Assembly (NCBI GenBank): GCA_964644695.1
Contig: CAZXWN010000001.1
Span: forward strand, 492,869-556,868
Direction of reading: 5' to 3'
Source of the DNA: an uncultured bacterium
GTDB taxonomy: Bacteria > UBP4 > UBA4092
DNA: 64,000 bases
The position numbers were made by a program, and so were the translations under genes. The notes below the pieces were generated by a model. It was not told the DNA's origin. It was given only the letters and a program-made list of their open reading frames with translations, and searched no databases. Below are positions 60,478 through 64,000 of this stretch, one piece after another (position 1 is the first letter of the stretch; each line of letters begins with the position of its first letter).

Positions 60478-61968
60478 ATGATCCGGAGTTCCAGAAGACT
60501 GTTTCTATTTGCAGTAATGATTTTGCTATTGCTCGCTTTTAGTTGGAGTAAACCCGTTTCGATTACCATTCTGCATGACAACGATGTCCATGGGCGATTA
60601 TTACCATTCTTTGAGAAAACATTAAATCAAACAGTGGGGGGAGCTGCACGCCGTGCTTCAATTATTGATGAAATTAGGAAGAAGAATTCAGGGACACTGG
60701 TATTAACCGCTGGGGACTGGATTTCCGGCACTCCGATTTCCGGTTTATTTAAAGGGGAAGCTGATTTCAAGGCAATCCAATTGATGAAATATGATGCAAT
60801 GGTCATTGGAAACCATGAATTTGATTATGGTCAAGAAACTCTTCGGAAATTCATCAATACCAGCAGCGTTCCAATTCTCTGTGCAAATTTGTACGAAACA
60901 AAAACAAAGAAAACCCTGCTACCACCCTATAAGATTTTTGTTAAGAATGGCTTAAAAATAGCCGTCATTGGAATCACCACACAAGAAACACCGGTCGTCA
61001 CACACCCTAAAAATGTTAAAGGGCTGGAGTTTGAAAACCCTTCAGTTACTTTGTCAAAACTTATTCCCAACATCCGGAAAAAGGCCGATATTGTTCTTGT
61101 GTTGAGCCATTGCGGCTATCAGGAAGATAAAGAGTTGGCAAAGACTGTACCCGGGATAGATATTATTGTGGGCGGACACTCGCATTCTAATGTTCTCCTG
61201 GAAAAAGTTGATAACACATTGATTGTCCAGGATTATCAATGGGGCATTTATATGGGTAGGCTCGATTTTAAATATGACCCAGCAAAAAAGAAATTTAGCG
61301 GAGTTACTTCACAACACATTTTGATCAGCCAGGATATACCAGAAAAAGCCGATGTTAAATCATTAATGGATGATTACAGTAAAATTATACAAAGCAAGAT
61401 GGACGAGAAAGTGGGAGTTGCAACCGTCGATTTAGTTAAACCCAATTATGGTAATCCTGATTCTAATCTCGCAATATGGATTACCGAGGTCTTTAGAAAA
61501 CGACTCAATGCTGACATCGCCATGCAGAATACAGGTGGAGTAAGAGCCAATATTTCCAAAGGAGATGTGACATATAATGACATCTACAATGTTTTGCCCT
61601 TTGAGAATCTTCTAGTGCTGTTAGAAGCCGATGGCGAATTAATGCAAAACATACTGGATGATCTAGCCCAAAGAAGTGAATCAGGCAAAGAAACATCAAC
61701 AGTTACCGGCGTTACCTGCATAGTAAAACAGGGCAAAGCAACAAAAGTATTAATTAATGGTCAACCCCTGGACCCTAAAAAGAAGTATACCATTGCAGTT
61801 AATGATTTTATGGCCAATGGAGGGAGCGGTTACAGTGTTCTCCAAAAAGCCAACTTAATAAAATATGATGCCATGCTAAGAGATATTGTCTTAGATGAGC
61901 TCAAATTAAATCCCAATATCGTTCCACCCATTGTGGAGGAATTTAACCGCATTGATAGCCATGAATAA
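60478..61968 (+). CDS. Bifunctional 5'-nucleotidase / UDP-sugar hydrolase
   Basis: Signal peptide; H.ND.HG, AGD, GNHEFD, LSH.G, GGHSH, N.GGVRA, PFEN. Confidence 0.93.
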   Translation: MIRSSRRLFLFAVMILLLLAFSWSKPVSITILHDNDVHGRLLPFFEKTLNQTVGGAARRASIIDEIRKKNSGTLVLTAGDWISGTPISGLFKGEADFKAIQLMKYDAMVIGNHEFDYGQETLRKFINTSSVPILCANLYETKTKKTLLPPYKIFVKNGLKIAVIGITTQETPVVTHPKNVKGLEFENPSVTLSKLIPNIRKKADIVLVLSHCGYQEDKELAKTVPGIDIIVGGHSHSNVLLEKVDNTLIVQDYQWGIYMGRLDFKYDPAKKKFSGVTSQHILISQDIPEKADVKSLMDDYSKIIQSKMDEKVGVATVDLVKPNYGNPDSNLAIWITEVFRKRLNADIAMQNTGGVRANISKGDVTYNDIYNVLPFENLLVLLEADGELMQNILDDLAQRSESGKETSTVTGVTCIVKQGKATKVLINGQPLDPKKKYTIAVNDFMANGGSGYSVLQKANLIKYDAMLRDIVLDELKLNPNIVPPIVEEFNRIDSHE

Positions 61969-62173
61969 AAGAATTGTCGTAAGTTGGAATGGTGCAAATA
62001 AAACCGTTCGATACGGCACCAAAGTATTGCATCTACTTACAAACAATGAATTAAAATCATGTGAATCAGGGCAAGCTTATATTGAAGATAGTGAAGGACA
62101 TAAAGTAGGTCTTGATGGAATGTTATCGGATGGATATTCGCTTTCCTTAAAATGGATTTCTCCTCCAAAATAA
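61961..62173 (+). CDS. Small hypothetical protein, 70 aa (possible beta-grasp fold)
   Basis: ATG overlaps the nucleotidase end; D.EG..VGLDG.L.DG..L pattern. Confidence 0.65.
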   Translation: MNKRIVVSWNGANKTVRYGTKVLHLLTNNELKSCESGQAYIEDSEGHKVGLDGMLSDGYSLSLKWISPPK

Positions 62174-62180
62174 GGATTGC

Positions 62181-62209
62181 TTGACACTAAATTAAATTCG
62201 ATGTAAGTT
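62181..62209 (+). promoter_or_regulatory. Candidate sigma70 promoter for the HU gene
   Basis: TTGACA-17 bp-TAAGTT. Confidence 0.5.
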
Positions 62210-62247
62210 ATGTAATATCAATATATCTGATGATCTGGAGTGGGACA

Positions 62248-62565
62248 ATGTCAGTAACTAAAGCAGATATTGCCGAAAAGGTAGCCCAGAATACTGGGGT
62301 AACCCGTAGAGATGCTCTTCAGGCTGTAGAAACCTTTCTAAAAACGATTAAAGATGCCCTTAAAAAAGATGATAAGGTATCTATTGTTGGTTTTGGCACA
62401 TTTAAAACAAAACCCAAGAATTCCAGAAAGGGTCGTAATCCTCGTTCGGGTGAGTCTATACAAATTCCAAATAAAAGAATTGCCTATTTCAAACCCGGCA
62501 AAGAAATGCGTGAACTAGTTAATAACAATATTGAAAAGGCTTTGGTCTCCGAAGATGAAAAATAA
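62248..62565 (+). CDS. HU/IHF family DNA-binding protein
   Basis: TKADI, V.IVGFGTF, RKGRNPRSGE.I.IP, FKPGKE. Confidence 0.95.
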   Translation: MSVTKADIAEKVAQNTGVTRRDALQAVETFLKTIKDALKKDDKVSIVGFGTFKTKPKNSRKGRNPRSGESIQIPNKRIAYFKPGKEMRELVNNNIEKALVSEDEK

Positions 62566-63472
62566 TCATATTATAGTTTTGGCAGCGCTTATCTTATTTT
62601 CCATGCTCTCATTTAGCAGAGCAGACATTGTTGATCGAGTCATTGCACGGGTAGGCACTGATATTATTACTCTTAGTGAACTTCAGGAGGTGGCTGGTAA
62701 TTCAGAAGATAATATTACCGAAGCCGACCGAATGAAGTCTCTTAGCGCCTTGATTGATAAGATATTGTTAGTTCAGGAAGCTAAGCGACAGAAAATTGAC
62801 ATCTTGGATAACATAATTGACCTTCAAGTCGAAAAAGATATTATTGAATTTAAAAAAAGGTTTCCAGATAACGATACATTTAATAAATGGTTAAGCAACA
62901 AAGGATTGACTTTAAAAGCCTTAAAATTAATTCGCCGTGATCAAGTTTTCCAAGATGCTATGATTGCTCGTTTGCTTCGTAAGCAAACTCCGGAAATAAC
63001 ACAGTCCGATCTTGATGATTTCAGTAAAGAAAATCCTGTAAAAGTTAAAGAGTTTGATTCACAGAAATACAGAATAAGCCAGATCATTATTGTTTTACCT
63101 GATAATCCAACAGATACAAACATTAGCGCATCAAAAGAGAAAGCATTAAAAGCTTATGAAAGTTTGAAGAATGGTATGTCATGGGAAGAAGCAGTCCAAA
63201 CATATACCGAAGATTCCAGTACAATTGATGAAAATGGTGATATGGGATATGTAGGTGTGGGTGAAACTTTCCCAGAGATTGAAAAAGCAGTAGCATCCTT
63301 AAAGGTGGGACAATTCAGTCAACCCATTCAAACCGAAGCCGGAATTCATATAGTTAAGCTAACTGAGAAAAAATCATTGGCTGATTATCTGTATCGGCAA
63401 AGGATTGAACAATATAGAACAGACCTCATTAAGAAACTCAGAGAAACAACACCAATTATAATCAAGCAATAA
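62555..63472 (+). CDS. SurA/PpiC-type peptidyl-prolyl isomerase chaperone
   Basis: Signal peptide; VDRVIA.VG..IIT.SE, single parvulin domain (GDMG, S.P..T..G.HI.KL). Confidence 0.88.
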   Translation: MKNNHIIVLAALILFSMLSFSRADIVDRVIARVGTDIITLSELQEVAGNSEDNITEADRMKSLSALIDKILLVQEAKRQKIDILDNIIDLQVEKDIIEFKKRFPDNDTFNKWLSNKGLTLKALKLIRRDQVFQDAMIARLLRKQTPEITQSDLDDFSKENPVKVKEFDSQKYRISQIIIVLPDNPTDTNISASKEKALKAYESLKNGMSWEEAVQTYTEDSSTIDENGDMGYVGVGETFPEIEKAVASLKVGQFSQPIQTEAGIHIVKLTEKKSLADYLYRQRIEQYRTDLIKKLRETTPIIIKQ

Positions 63473-63476
63473 ACAA

Positions 63477-64000
63477 ATGACACTGACATGGGATACCAGA
63501 AGATACTTACTCATCGGATTGATTTGCTTGTTCAATCTGTTTGTTAGTCAATGTATGTCTTTTGAATTCCCAATAACTCAATTATTAACGGCATCCGTTC
63601 AAACTGTTACTATCCATAATGTCGATGGTCAACCTAAGATAAATCCAGCAATTCTTAATATTTTCGTGGGGGACACTGTCTATTGGAAAAACAATTCAGA
63701 TCAAGCGCAATCCTCATCAAATCCTAATTGGGAAAGCAATAAAATCCCTCCAGGGAAAGTATCACAACCCATCGTCTTTTACAGCACGGGAACCTCACAT
63801 TACACATTAAAAAGTAATAAAAAGGTAAAGGGGACTATCATTGTTAATCCCCTCCCCACAAAAGCTCCTATATGGCAATTATTCTCATCCAATATGGGAG
63901 AGGATTGTGTCATGCTGGCGAGTGTTTCAATTGCCTTTTCAGAAGAAGATATGAAGGAATCGTGTTCACTCTTCAAAAAGCATATTATCAATCAACCGAG
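63477..64000 (+). CDS. Partial secreted protein with a cupredoxin-like domain, runs off the window; not in the ORF track
   Basis: ATG 63477 open to the end; signal-like N-terminus; NPAILNIFVGDTVYWKN...WES..IPPG......F...G...Y.......KGTIIV. Confidence 0.7.
   Translation, partial: MTLTWDTRRYLLIGLICLFNLFVSQCMSFEFPITQLLTASVQTVTIHNVDGQPKINPAILNIFVGDTVYWKNNSDQAQSSSNPNWESNKIPPGKVSQPIVFYSTGTSHYTLKSNKKVKGTIIVNPLPTKAPIWQLFSSNMGEDCVMLASVSIAFSEEDMKESCSLFKKHIINQP

Overview
AT-rich bacterial chromosomal segment, almost fully coding and mostly housekeeping. It holds an FMN-riboswitch-led ribD-ribE-ribBA-ribH-nusB operon, ilvD, dacB, gltX, rsmB-rpe-gcvT/H/PA/PB-lipoyl ligase, ylxM-ffh-rpsP-khpA-trmD-SPOUT-rplS-rnhB-yraN-rpsT, hemB, pilT, tsaBE, prfB (programmed +1 frameshift), kdsD, cinA, purE-aroK, aroA-cmk-plsC, argG, a 5'-nucleotidase, HU and a SurA-like gene. 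LptC/LptA-like, KdsD and SurA-like genes suggest a diderm envelope; I cannot assign the phylum. I saw no tRNA, rRNA, CRISPR array, transposase or prophage. The main unexplained signals are: (1) four intergenic copies of a 28-bp palindrome CATCGAACAAGATCGATCTTGTTCGATG, 14-20 kb apart; (2) a four-gene unit in which two distant ~115-aa paralogs bracket a 1092-aa helical-repeat lipoprotein and a 36-aa membrane peptide missing from the ORF track; (3) a divergent J-domain(HPP)-TPR / GrpE / Hsp70 / Zn-ribbon-TPR-TM chaperone module containing a perfect 46-bp palindrome; (4) an orphan DarT-like ADP-ribosyltransferase about 3.5 kb from a macrodomain gene; (5) an AglB/STT3-like oligosaccharyltransferase lacking the WWDYG motif. 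All family calls are by-eye motif recognition, not database searches.
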